Shown here in pieces: positions 15,205 through 24,178 of a stretch of DNA of 28,646 nt (positions are counted from its first letter, which is position 1; each line of letters starts with the position of its first letter). A program made the translations under genes and the position numbers. Under the pieces are notes generated by a model. The model saw nothing but the letters and a program-made list of their open reading frames with translations, did not search any database and was not told the origin of the DNA. The stretch is from a virus (Duplodnaviria; Caudoviricetes). The stretch lies in IMG/VR virus record IMGVR_UViG_3300033076_000189, positions 1 to 28,646 of that record, one strand, 5' to 3'.

Positions 15205-15848
15205 ACGATGTACTCCCTAAAAACAAAAGGTCCATCCCATTCTACAAATGCACCATTTGCCATTGGGTTTAGGGTGTAGGTTGGGCAGCTTTCAGCCACA
15301 ACAGAGAAATAAACATTTGAGCCAACAGCCGTTAGCGTTCCTGTTGATGGAGTGCCAATCACGGGGCGGTTTAAGTTGACGGATACGGTTGTGTTTGAGC
15401 CGCGCAATACATCAGTCGTGACTTTGTATGGGTAATCGCCAAGTTGGAGAAAGTCACCAGCCTTGAAAATCACCACAGAAGCGCCAACAGAAGGAAGGTT
15501 GCCAACGCTAATGGTCTGTGCGTTTGCGGTGGGAACCGATGCAAGTGTTAAGGCGTTTGCTTGAGGGATTGTAAGGTCGCCCTGATACGCCGTAAACCAA
15601 GAAAGGTTGTCTGACGCAAAAGTAATGTCCTGTGGATTCTGACGGTCAGCATTATCAATTGACTGAATGATGTCACGAACCTGTGGGTAATACAGATATT
15701 TGTGCGGGATGATTGTAAAAACCCATGGCACAGCCGTGAGGTATTGAGCTGTGGTCATGTAACCTGCGCGGCTGACCTGCTGACCAACGGTGCGTCTGTT
15801 ATTGACATTCATGCTTTGTTGAATGTCTACGATGGTTTGAAAAGACAT
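15201..15848 (-). CDS. Putative distal tail protein
   Basis: Directly follows and is coupled to the tape measure gene; FKAGDFLQLG...YKVT.D motif. Confidence 0.62.
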   Translation of the reverse strand: MSFQTIVDIQQSMNVNNRRTVGQQVSRAGYMTTAQYLTAVPWVFTIIPHKYLYYPQVRDIIQSIDNADRQNPQDITFASDNLSWFTAYQGDLTIPQANALTLASVPTANAQTISVGNLPSVGASVVIFKAGDFLQLGDYPYKVTTDVLRGSNTTVSVNLNRPVIGTPSTGTLTAVGSNVYFSVVAESCPTYTLNPMANGAFVEWDGPFVFREYIV

Positions 15849-18214
15849 TACGATCTCCCGCGACTAATTGCCAGCGATTTTGTTGCGTATTGATTTGCAG
15901 CCCAAACAGCATTTGAGCTATTGATGAGGCGGTCCTCAAAGCTCTTGGTGTCAATGGCGTTGATATTGAAATTGTTAACCGTTTTGCTTCCGCCGGAACC
16001 CATGGCAAGTTTGTCATTTGGAATGATTGTGCCTGCGGTATGAGGAATGAAAAGCTCCGGCCCTTTTTCTCCAACCAAAGATGGCTGACCAACAGGAGGC
16101 TCACCGCCATCGGCAAACGCCTGCATCATGTCGCTGCCCGTGACAGAGCCAACATTGACGGCCCCCGATGTTGTACCACCTCCAAAGAAATTAAATCCAC
16201 GGAACATGGCAAGCATTTGAGCCTTCATTGCAATTGCGATCAGGTCCTGAATGATACTGACAGCAAGGCTCTTAAATGAAAGTTTTCCGGTGCGAACGAA
16301 GTTGTCGATGGCGCTTCCCATGTTGGAATACACGGCCTGATTCATGTCGCGCAAACGCTGGAGGTCATTCATTTGCTCGATTGATGCTTCTTTCATTTTT
16401 TGCATCTTGTCGAGCTGTTCTTTCATAACCTCTTTGTCCACGGGGTGCAGCAGCTTGTTTGCCTCGATCTCTTGAATTTGTTGAGCGACCTTCAAGCGAG
16501 ACAAGGCAATATCCAAATCAGTTTGAGAGATGAGGACGTTTTCTTTGTAGATGTTGTAAAGCTCTTGTTGTTTTTGTATTTCCTCAGTTTCGGAGCGAAG
16601 TTTGTCCGTGTATTTCTTCATCTCATCGCGTTGGATGTCGGACTTTTCGCGCTCTGCTTTGGCGACAATTTGCTTTTCTTTTTCGGCTAATAGCTTTGCT
16701 CTTGCGGATGCAAACTGGTAACGCTCATCGGCATTCTTTTGGGCTTGCTCGTTCCTAGCCATCTCAAGCTCACGCTGCTTGGTAAGCTCAAGTTGTTGGA
16801 TTCGATCTAAGCCCTGTGCGGCAGACTCATAAGCAGCCTGAGCCTTAACATCGGCAATCTCTTTGGCGATTTGACGAGACTTTTGAATGCCGCCAGCGCC
16901 AGAGTAATCCTTGATTTTTTGCTCGTCTTTTGCTTTCTTGGCTGCTTCTGCCTGAACTTTGTCCTCTTCCTTTTGGACAAGTGCAGCCAAACGCTTGTAT
17001 TCGTCAAGCGCCTTTTGAACCACATCTTTATTAAAAAGCTGTGGGCTTGCCATCAACTCCGTGAGCTTTTTGGATTGAGCATTTAACAAAGCAACCGTTG
17101 GGTCTTCCTCACGACCAACACTTTTGGCCCAATCCCAAAATTCCGATGCAGAAGTTTTGACACCCTTCCACAATTTCTCAATTGTTCCAAGGCGAGAGCT
17201 TTGTGCGTCAAGCTGTTTATTTAAGGCTTCTGTGGTGTATTTGATAGCCTCTTGAGCCTTACCTTGCTCGTTTAATTGCTCAATGTATTTGTATTGCTCA
17301 ATCGTCAGGAAATGATAAGTATCATTCAGCTTTTTGGCGGAGTTTGCAGAGCCATCCAAAGATGGGATGAGGGACTGAGCCACCTCCGCCGCCGTTTGAC
17401 CGCTTAGAGCCGCAATGCGCGTGACTGTGGATGCCACAGATTGCAAAGACACATTGGTGAATTGACCGCTTGAAACAAGCTGTTGCATCGCGTCACGAAC
17501 ATCGCCAATCGAGGCTTTGTAGTTTGTCGCAATTGATTCGGCAAGTCCATTGAACCTAGCCTCGGTAATGCCAGCAATGTTGCCGGTCAAAATCATGGCA
17601 TTGTTGAACTTTTTGCTTTCTTCCCACCCTTGGTAGTAGGCAACGCCAACAGCGCCCACGGCTGCGGCAAATCCACCAACAGCCAAACGAACGGGCGTCA
17701 AAGCCTCAGCAATACCTGCAAACAGGGGCTTGAAGCCACCAAACTGGTCCTTCAATTGGCCGCCTTGTTGCAGCAGAACCATGAAGGGGTTTTGACCGCC
17801 AGCCAAGCTAGTCACAATGTCGGTGGTTTGGTAGCTGAGTGCGGCCTGCTGTTGAGCCGTTAAGCCGCCTTTTTTGGTTTCTACCTGATTTGCCTTCTGT
17901 GCGGCTTGGGCAACCTTGTCATAGGCCGCAGCGCGGTCCAAAAGTGCCTTCTTGACGGTTTCTGTGGCGTATTTAAAGCGCCCCATGTCGATCTGCTGCT
18001 GGATTTCCTCAACCTTGGTCAAGGTCTTGCCGTAGGAACGAGTGGCTTCTTCCAGTTGAAGGGTAACTTTGGCTGCATCGCTGGTGTCGCGCTTAATGTC
18101 GTTAGTAAATTTCTTGAATTTACTTTGCGCATCAGAAAGTTCACGGACCAATTCGCCGGAATCTAAGCCAAGGACAACGCCAAGTCGAGCAATGTTTTGT
18201 GAGGCTCCAGCCAT
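15848..18214 (-). CDS. Tail tape measure protein
   Basis: 788 aa, helical A/K/Q/E-rich; lambdoid YQTTDIVTSL..GQNPF.VLLQQGGQLKD motif; C-terminal FADGG...VGEKGPELF.P. Confidence 0.95.
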   Translation of the reverse strand: MAGASQNIARLGVVLGLDSGELVRELSDAQSKFKKFTNDIKRDTSDAAKVTLQLEEATRSYGKTLTKVEEIQQQIDMGRFKYATETVKKALLDRAAAYDKVAQAAQKANQVETKKGGLTAQQQAALSYQTTDIVTSLAGGQNPFMVLLQQGGQLKDQFGGFKPLFAGIAEALTPVRLAVGGFAAAVGAVGVAYYQGWEESKKFNNAMILTGNIAGITEARFNGLAESIATNYKASIGDVRDAMQQLVSSGQFTNVSLQSVASTVTRIAALSGQTAAEVAQSLIPSLDGSANSAKKLNDTYHFLTIEQYKYIEQLNEQGKAQEAIKYTTEALNKQLDAQSSRLGTIEKLWKGVKTSASEFWDWAKSVGREEDPTVALLNAQSKKLTELMASPQLFNKDVVQKALDEYKRLAALVQKEEDKVQAEAAKKAKDEQKIKDYSGAGGIQKSRQIAKEIADVKAQAAYESAAQGLDRIQQLELTKQRELEMARNEQAQKNADERYQFASARAKLLAEKEKQIVAKAEREKSDIQRDEMKKYTDKLRSETEEIQKQQELYNIYKENVLISQTDLDIALSRLKVAQQIQEIEANKLLHPVDKEVMKEQLDKMQKMKEASIEQMNDLQRLRDMNQAVYSNMGSAIDNFVRTGKLSFKSLAVSIIQDLIAIAMKAQMLAMFRGFNFFGGGTTSGAVNVGSVTGSDMMQAFADGGEPPVGQPSLVGEKGPELFIPHTAGTIIPNDKLAMGSGGSKTVNNFNINAIDTKSFEDRLINSSNAVWAANQYATKSLAISRGRS

Positions 18215-18217
18215 GTC

Positions 18218-18700
18218 TTACACCTTCTTTTTTGCCAATCTCTGAACAAAAGCGCCCATTCGCGCCTCCATTTCAGATTTTAGTATGTCAACAACTTTCG
18301 TCCTATTTCTTTCCAAAGAGATTCTTAGATATGGTTGAGCAGAGGTTCTGGCGTTGCCAAATTCCTGAGACAAAGAAACCGCGCTTTTCTTGACCGACAC
18401 AACCGCAATCGCGGCATCAGATTCGTTGACAAAATGCGACAGCTTATCTTTTTCGTTTGGAACTCTGGCATCCAATCGGATTGTGTTTTTCAGGTGTGGT
18501 TGATCGGCTTTGTTGGCGCGTCGATTCGCGTCATAAGGAGCCAAGGCAACCACAGATTCCTCAACGGGCCGCATAGCCGCTTCCGCTGATTTGGTCAGGA
18601 TTCGGCGGAACTCCAAGTTTTCGCCGCGAGAGCTAATTTCTCTAGACAACTGCAAAAGAGTTGCCTCAAGCTCAGAAAATCCTTCCAGCTTCACAATCAC
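18218..18700 (-). CDS. HK97 gp10-like tail completion protein
   Basis: VKLEGFSELE..L..L start, HLKNTI, QEFGN....AQPYLR motifs; GTG start overlapping the upstream TGA. Confidence 0.8.
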   Translation of the reverse strand: MIVKLEGFSELEATLLQLSREISSRGENLEFRRILTKSAEAAMRPVEESVVALAPYDANRRANKADQPHLKNTIRLDARVPNEKDKLSHFVNESDAAIAVVSVKKSAVSLSQEFGNARTSAQPYLRISLERNRTKVVDILKSEMEARMGAFVQRLAKKKV

Positions 18701-19050
18701 GATATTTTCTCCAAAAAGCTCTTTGGAACACCCTTGGATGTTGCCATGAACCCTAAAAGCTGTCTATTCCTTTGAGCAGCCATTTCCTCCTCTGTCAAGG
18801 GCGGAATCAGGTATTCGTGGGTAGATGGCAGCACATCTTTCATTTTGTATGGCTGCGCCTCTTTTTTTAGCTTGGAGTTAATGTTGCCCGTTGTGAGGGT
18901 GCTGAGTGCCAGCAAGACGGACTTGTTTCCAATCATGCCGTCGGCAAACATGATTTCAATGTTTCGCATCTCGTCTGAGGGGATTTCGTCGGGACAGCCC
19001 CCGTGCGCCCAAACATACGCTCGGGCCTGTGCGCGGGTGTCCCTTACGAG
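18697..19050 (-). CDS. Frameshift extension of the tail assembly chaperone (gpT-like part of G-T fusion)
   Basis: The -1 frame is open from the slippery site (LVRDTRAQARAYVWAHGG...) through the track ORF 18697-18969; the predicted fusion is about 272 aa. Confidence 0.8.
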   Translation of the reverse strand, partial: LVRDTRAQARAYVWAHGGCPDEIPSDEMRNIEIMFADGMIGNKSVLLALSTLTTGNINSKLKKEAQPYKMKDVLPSTHEYLIPPLTEEEMAAQRNRQLLGFMATSKGVPKSFLEKIS

Positions 19051-19056
19051 TTTTTT
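18991..19056 (-). promoter_or_regulatory. Programmed -1 ribosomal frameshift signal
   Basis: A AAA AAC heptamer (19056-19050) in the correct phase, 6-nt spacer, then GGGACA...UGUCCC stem-loop (19043-18991). Confidence 0.82.
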
Positions 19057-19514
19057 CGGGCGTCTTTGTAGCCGGGTTGGATTGCCTCAGTAATGGCATC
19101 CATAATCTGCATTTGGACAGCCAAGGGCCACTCGGCCTCGATGTCCTCATAGGTGATGTCTTCCATGGAGCCGTTGGCGGGGATGAGCAGGCGCACATAC
19201 TCGACGATGCGGTTTTCCATGGTCAGGACAGCAATGGCAAGCTCTTTGGTGGACTTGCCGTTGATGATGACATCATCATCCTTGACCTCGATGCCAGCCT
19301 CGGGCATATCAATCAAATCAGAGGTCATCTCTTTGAATCGAGCCTCAAGTTTGGCAGGGTCAATCTCTGCCACGCGCTTTTGCAGGGCGTTGAGTTCTGC
19401 GGTCAATGGGACGCGAACTTTAAATTCAAATCCACCAGCGGTAAATGTTCGTGTGCGAATCTGAGAAAGCGCAGTCTCATATTTCTTGCCAAATGCGGCA
19501 GAAAGTTTTGTCAT
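19044..19514 (-). CDS. Tail assembly chaperone (gpG-like)
   Basis: Lies between tail tube and tape measure; acidic; ends in a slippery sequence; AAGGA RBS. Confidence 0.82.
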   Translation of the reverse strand: MTKLSAAFGKKYETALSQIRTRTFTAGGFEFKVRVPLTAELNALQKRVAEIDPAKLEARFKEMTSDLIDMPEAGIEVKDDDVIINGKSTKELAIAVLTMENRIVEYVRLLIPANGSMEDITYEDIEAEWPLAVQMQIMDAITEAIQPGYKDARKNS

Positions 19515-19523
19515 ATCGTATCC

Positions 19524-19748
19524 TTATTTTGCTTTGATGATCTTGTGAAAAATCTCTTCGTTCAATGCAATAGCATACTGCACCGCCTCTTGAGGGGTGA
19601 GCTTGTCTGCGTGATGAACTGCAATACTGTGAGCTAGAGCGATAGCTGTGATGCGCTGCTGCTGAAACCCAAACCAATCCTTGCGAGAATCGGCTTGGGT
19701 TACTAGAAAGCTCAAAAGGTCATTACTGTCTTTTATCTGTACTGTCAT
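19524..19748 (-). CDS. 74-aa hypothetical protein
   Basis: ATG 19748 (MTVQIKDS...) lies just after the tail tube stop; the track start at 19859 overlaps the tail tube gene. Confidence 0.7.
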   Translation of the reverse strand: MTVQIKDSNDLLSFLVTQADSRKDWFGFQQQRITAIALAHSIAVHHADKLTPQEAVQYAIALNEEIFHKIIKAK

Positions 19749-19758
19749 GTTTTGTAAA

Positions 19759-20283
19759 TTAAGTGTTGTTTGACCAGCCGTAGCTATTGCCACCGATGGG
19801 GTGGATGGTGAAGTTGAATTTGCCTTCGGCAGAGGGCGACATATCCCAAGACATACCACCGATCATGCCGTTGAATGCGTATGCAACGGTGTTGTTGCCA
19901 TCATAAACGGCAACCACATAAGTGCGCACGATTGTGCCGTTGTAGCCGTCGTCACGAATCAACAACTGAGCTGTGTCAGCAGGGTTCCATGCAGCGGTAA
20001 CAGCCAAAGATGTCACTTGGTTTTGAGTAGTGATCTTCGCGCCGGTACGAGCACCAGCCACAGAGTATGCGGCCACGGCATCGTCAGCACCGAATGCAGG
20101 GATAGCTTCCACGGGAACTTGAATGCCATCAGTACCAGTACCGCCAGCGACTACACCGATGATGTCAGCAACTTGACCGGTCCATGTAGACAATTGAGTG
20201 TCTGTCAAAGGAGTTGGAGTAGCGCCAGTTTGACACCACAGGGTTGCAACGTAACCGGGTAAGACTTTATTGATAAGAGCCAT
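19759..20283 (-). CDS. Major tail (tube) protein
   Basis: Follows the tail terminator; strong CAGGAG RBS; T/G/A-rich beta protein with YAFNG...SP.AE.K.NFTI motif. Confidence 0.8.
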   Translation of the reverse strand: MALINKVLPGYVATLWCQTGATPTPLTDTQLSTWTGQVADIIGVVAGGTGTDGIQVPVEAIPAFGADDAVAAYSVAGARTGAKITTQNQVTSLAVTAAWNPADTAQLLIRDDGYNGTIVRTYVVAVYDGNNTVAYAFNGMIGGMSWDMSPSAEGKFNFTIHPIGGNSYGWSNNT

Positions 20284-20318
20284 TTGGATTTCTCCTGAAA
20301 AAAGTTAATTGGTCTGTC

Positions 20319-20738
20319 TTATGCTGGAACATCAATGACGCAATCCAAAAAGATTTGTGCCATATTTTGCTCGTTGTCATAGCTGTTGTAAAGCCAATAT
20401 ACATCGGCTTTTGCAATGAAGAATCCGTCAGACGGACTACCAAATTGCCCACTATAACCGTGAAGCGATTGTAGTATCTGATTGGAAATAGTGAAACCAT
20501 CTTCAATCACTTGAGTGAAGATGGAGATTTGGAACACAGGACGGTCAATGCCCTTGTTGCTTTGAGTCTGACCCGTATAGACCGGCTGGTGAACGCCTCG
20601 CAGGTTCCAAGTGATGAACTTCGGCTGCGTTGCAAAGTTCCGGTTAAACGATGCGTAGACAGGCACAGGATTGACAATTTGAGTCAGTTGATACTGAATC
20701 GCCTTGCCATATAGAACTGGATTAAGCTGTGTTGTCAT
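20319..20738 (-). CDS. Tail terminator / completion protein (DUF3168-like)
   Basis: ATGA overlap start at 20738; PVY...PKFITW...FQISIF...SLHGYSG pattern; synteny. Confidence 0.72.
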   Translation of the reverse strand: MTTQLNPVLYGKAIQYQLTQIVNPVPVYASFNRNFATQPKFITWNLRGVHQPVYTGQTQSNKGIDRPVFQISIFTQVIEDGFTISNQILQSLHGYSGQFGSPSDGFFIAKADVYWLYNSYDNEQNMAQIFLDCVIDVPA

Positions 20739-21079
20739 GTTGAGGTCGATGGGTCGGAGCGATAGCAAAGGAACATCACGGTCATGCGATCATTGGCCTC
20801 CCGAACATCGGTAATCCTCCAATCGTTTCCACGCCAAGTCAATGAATACAGATTCTGGTGGTCCACAATTTGTTTCATGTTCGGCGTATAGTTGAATGTG
20901 AAGTTCACCAAGTCTTGATACAGACGATACTTTTCAGCAATTTTTACGCTGTTTGCAACGTCAGCCACCCGAGCGCGAGTATCAAACCATTTGGTCGAAA
21001 CTGTCTCTCCTTCGCCAAAATCGCTTTTGGCAAAAGTTAGATTATTGATGGCGACATTCTCAAAACGTGCAATTGCCAT
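20735..21079 (-). CDS. Head closure / head-tail adaptor protein
   Basis: SDFGE....WF.TRARV...W RG.DWRITDV pattern of SPP1 gp16/HK97 gp7-like proteins; synteny. Confidence 0.78.
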   Translation of the reverse strand: MAIARFENVAINNLTFAKSDFGEGETVSTKWFDTRARVADVANSVKIAEKYRLYQDLVNFTFNYTPNMKQIVDHQNLYSLTWRGNDWRITDVREANDRMTVMFLCYRSDPSTST

Positions 21080-21751
21080 TTACATCACCAGAGGCTTGTA
21101 AGGACGCAGCAAGACATCAACACCCAATGGAATTCGGTGCTGAATCGGCCCTGTCGTTTCGCTACGGTTGTTGTAAAGATGCGTCAACCAAAGCAATCCA
21201 GCCTGCTGAATCACAGGGTACGAAGAAAGAGGATTGGCGGCTGTTGTGTATTCGCAATACACAGGGCTTGTCATCGAGCTATTGAGGTTTGTCGGCAGGT
21301 TTGCAATGACCACTTTGTTGCCAGAGGGGTCGTAGTAATACTGATCGACAGGCACAACATTCAGCGTGGGCGGATTGTTGTCATCCCAATATTTCACGGC
21401 ATTTATAGTCACTCCCGGCAGCGCGGGATTGAAATTTTGGCTTACGGCAGGCAAATCCAAAGTCAATGGAGTGCCATACAGGCTCGATGCGTTATACCAA
21501 ACGCGATAAGAGGTGGGGAAAATGGACATACCGAGGTAATCCTCGATTGCCATACGAACCGCCACCTCTAAGGCAGATAAATACGAATCTTGGCTTTCAT
21601 CATTAAACAGGTTTAACTGTTGAGTGATTTGGTCAAGAGTCAACCAAGCCGTTACAACGTCACGATTGATTTGCTCTGTCTTTGCGTAGTTAAACGGATT
21701 GCGCGTTGGCGCACCGTAGTTCAAATAACCGAGTTGTGAATCAACGGACAT
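21080..21751 (-). CDS. Head-tail connector protein (HK97 gp6-like, long form)
   Basis: LTLDQI..QL, AIEDYLG, IQQAGLL.LTHLYNNR and LLRPYK motifs. Confidence 0.85.
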   Translation of the reverse strand: MSVDSQLGYLNYGAPTRNPFNYAKTEQINRDVVTAWLTLDQITQQLNLFNDESQDSYLSALEVAVRMAIEDYLGMSIFPTSYRVWYNASSLYGTPLTLDLPAVSQNFNPALPGVTINAVKYWDDNNPPTLNVVPVDQYYYDPSGNKVVIANLPTNLNSSMTSPVYCEYTTAANPLSSYPVIQQAGLLWLTHLYNNRSETTGPIQHRIPLGVDVLLRPYKPLVM

Positions 21752-21761
21752 TTTTTACCTC

Positions 21762-22778
21762 TTAGGCTGCGCTCATGCGTACGCCAGCAAACGGATTGCG
21801 AACTGTGGAAACCATACGCTTCTCGGCATACATAGTAATGTAACCGGGCTGAGTTTGGTCCATCATTTTCACATTCATTGTTTCTGTGTCGCCAATGGTC
21901 AAAAACTGATTCCAATTTGCCAAATAGATTGGGAAATCAGAAGACAGATATGGGTTTGGAATCACGGGGAAACCAAACACGCGACCAACGGCAGCGCCAT
22001 CAGCATCGCCAATTTCAAGGAACAAAGGCAAGCCTTGGTCGTCCTTGAGCTGACGCAGCGAGGTAATCATGGCTGGAGTCATGTGCCAAGCGGTTGTTGG
22101 CAAAGACCAGTATTGAGCAGGCAACGCTGTGGTCATGGCAATAATGTTGTCATAGGTCACAGGAGAGCCGCCCAAAGACACGGTAGCAATGGTGTGAATG
22201 CCATTGGTCATGGCTGTGCCACTTGTGCCGTATGCGCTGGTTGTGTCGGACAGATAGCTATCCAAACCACGCAAGCCCAACTCGCCACCGGTGGAGGTAG
22301 TTGCAGAGCCGGATTGGTCGTCATTTAAGACCATGGACTCGCCTTCAAGTTGAGAGAATTCCAGCGCAAGGTCGTCAACGATTGCGGGGTCAAGACCATT
22401 CACATCCGACAAAACAGCCGAACGGATTGGCAATTGAGCCACCAACACGCGAACTGGCAATTGCCAAATCACAGTGTCAACATCGGGTGAACCGCTGTTG
22501 GGAGTAAATTCGTAACCCCATGGGTTTGTTGAGTCAGCGGCGTTACCAACCTTGGCAACGAACTGAGCGTCTGAGCCCGCCACGGTAATTTGGCGTGAGC
22601 CTTGACGTAATGGGTTTGCTTGACGAAGTGCAGCGAATGCGTCATCAAACACGACATTACCACCAACACCCGAACCAGAACCAGTAATTGCAGAGGCTTC
22701 TTTCAGGTCAATGGTGACTGTGCCACCTTCGGTAATGGCTTGCTTAATGCCGTTCAGGATTTTTTCATTGATGGTCAT
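21762..22778 (-). CDS. Second HK97-fold capsid protein (paralog with short N-terminal leader)
   Basis: Collinear similarity to the upstream capsid gene (KEASA.TG, ALR.ANPLR, WQL....L..Q.PIR, LP.QYW, DQTQPG.IT...EKR...VR.PFAGVR). ATG 22778 is preferred over TTG 22832. Confidence 0.9.
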   Translation of the reverse strand: MTINEKILNGIKQAITEGGTVTIDLKEASAITGSGSGVGGNVVFDDAFAALRQANPLRQGSRQITVAGSDAQFVAKVGNAADSTNPWGYEFTPNSGSPDVDTVIWQLPVRVLVAQLPIRSAVLSDVNGLDPAIVDDLALEFSQLEGESMVLNDDQSGSATTSTGGELGLRGLDSYLSDTTSAYGTSGTAMTNGIHTIATVSLGGSPVTYDNIIAMTTALPAQYWSLPTTAWHMTPAMITSLRQLKDDQGLPLFLEIGDADGAAVGRVFGFPVIPNPYLSSDFPIYLANWNQFLTIGDTETMNVKMMDQTQPGYITMYAEKRMVSTVRNPFAGVRMSAA

Positions 22779-22797
22779 GGTATTTCCAATGAGAGTT

Positions 22798-22824
22798 AAG
22801 AAAGGAGGGGCGCTTGGCCCCTCC
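22798..22824 (-). terminator. Intrinsic terminator-like hairpin between the two capsid genes
   Basis: mRNA GGAGGGGC-CAAGC-GCCCCUCC-UUUCUU: perfect 8-bp GC stem with an imperfect U-tract. Confidence 0.75.
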
Positions 22825-22835
22825 AATGGCAACTA

Positions 22836-24176
22836 TCAGGCGGCAGTTGCAGTTGAGCGATAACGCACACCTGCAAATGGGTCGCGGACGCTGGTTGCCA
22901 AACGCTTTTCCCCGAAGAATGTGATAAATCCGGGTTGTGTTTGGTCGTAGCGACGCATGACCATGTTCAAGCGGTCCACGATAGTGTGGAAGCGTGACCA
23001 GTCACCGAAGTACATTGGGTACAAGCTAGTTGTGCCAGCAGAAGCTGTGGTCAATTGGCTTGGAGTGTCCAAATACTTGTTCACCACCACATCGAAGCCA
23101 AGCAAGCGGCCTGCGATACCGGGGGTTTCGAGAGGAGACATACGCTCGAACACAGGAGTACCGTTATCGTCCACCAAACCACGGATTTGCGACAGCAAAA
23201 CAGGGTTGACAACGAACTTGGCGCTCTCGGTCCAGTATTGTTGTGGCAAAGCGTAGATGAAGTTCACAACGTCTTTGTAGCTGATGTTGGCAGCGCCAAC
23301 CACGTTGGTGTTTGAAGTCAACTGGTCGTATGTAGCCAAGCTGTGCAAGCCGCTGGTAGAACCTGTGCCGCTAGAGCCGAAGGCTGCGGTAGAGGTAGAA
23401 CCGCCGGTGTAGGAGCTGTTTGCGCCGCCGTATTGGTTCAAGCCGCGCAGACCGTTCGAGCCGCCGTATGGCAAGCTGGTCAAGCCTTGGTCGTTGTTTT
23501 GAATCATTGACAGAGCTTCGGCTTGTGCGAATTCAGCCAACATATCGTCAACCACGTTTGCTTCCAAACCGTCGATGTCGTCCAAAGCAGCGGTACGGAT
23601 TGGGAACTGCACGTTCAAGTCTTGCAAAACCAATTGCCAGATTGAAGTGTTTTCAGTTGTTGCCGAGCCGTTGTTCTGAATAGCGTAGCCCCATGCAGCA
23701 CCAGCGTTGCCGGTCTTCACACGGAATTGGTAGCTAGAGCCATCGGTAGACACGGTGCGTGACACGCCGCGCAAGGGGTTAGCCAAACGCAGAGCGACGA
23801 ACACAGGGTCATAAGCGGTGCGACCGCCTTTACCGTCACCGCCGCCTGTCAGGGCAGAGGCTTCTTTCATGTACGCTTCGTATTGGCTTTCGTCAGCAAA
23901 TACTTTCAGTTGCTTCTCGAAAGTTGAGTTGCCAGAGGCCAACTCTTTTAGTTGTTCACGCACATGACGGTTCACATCTTGGCGAACAGTCTTGGCTTTT
24001 TCTTTGTGAACCACAGGAGCAGGAATAGCGGCAACTTTGGCTTCCAAAGCAGCAACCATTTCGCTCATTTCAGCTTTTACAGCCTCAATTGCGGGGGCAA
24101 TTTTTGATTCAACGGCTTGGATAGCTTCGACTTGTTTGACTTCGATAGCTTCCAGTTTTTCAATCACTTTATCCAT
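22836..24176 (-). CDS. Major capsid protein, HK97 family, with N-terminal coiled-coil delta domain
   Basis: Follows the protease; ~104-aa E/K/A-rich leader; GRLLGFDVV and MYFGDW P-domain motifs; AAAGG RBS. Confidence 0.95.
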   Translation of the reverse strand: MDKVIEKLEAIEVKQVEAIQAVESKIAPAIEAVKAEMSEMVAALEAKVAAIPAPVVHKEKAKTVRQDVNRHVREQLKELASGNSTFEKQLKVFADESQYEAYMKEASALTGGGDGKGGRTAYDPVFVALRLANPLRGVSRTVSTDGSSYQFRVKTGNAGAAWGYAIQNNGSATTENTSIWQLVLQDLNVQFPIRTAALDDIDGLEANVVDDMLAEFAQAEALSMIQNNDQGLTSLPYGGSNGLRGLNQYGGANSSYTGGSTSTAAFGSSGTGSTSGLHSLATYDQLTSNTNVVGAANISYKDVVNFIYALPQQYWTESAKFVVNPVLLSQIRGLVDDNGTPVFERMSPLETPGIAGRLLGFDVVVNKYLDTPSQLTTASAGTTSLYPMYFGDWSRFHTIVDRLNMVMRRYDQTQPGFITFFGEKRLATSVRDPFAGVRYRSTATAA

Positions 24177-24178
24177 GA

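Noticed and set aside
22779-22838. Stop-codon read-through or alternative genetic code fusing the two capsid genes
   Set aside because: Two consecutive different stops (TGA TAG) plus a terminator-like hairpin; other genes read normally in the standard code.
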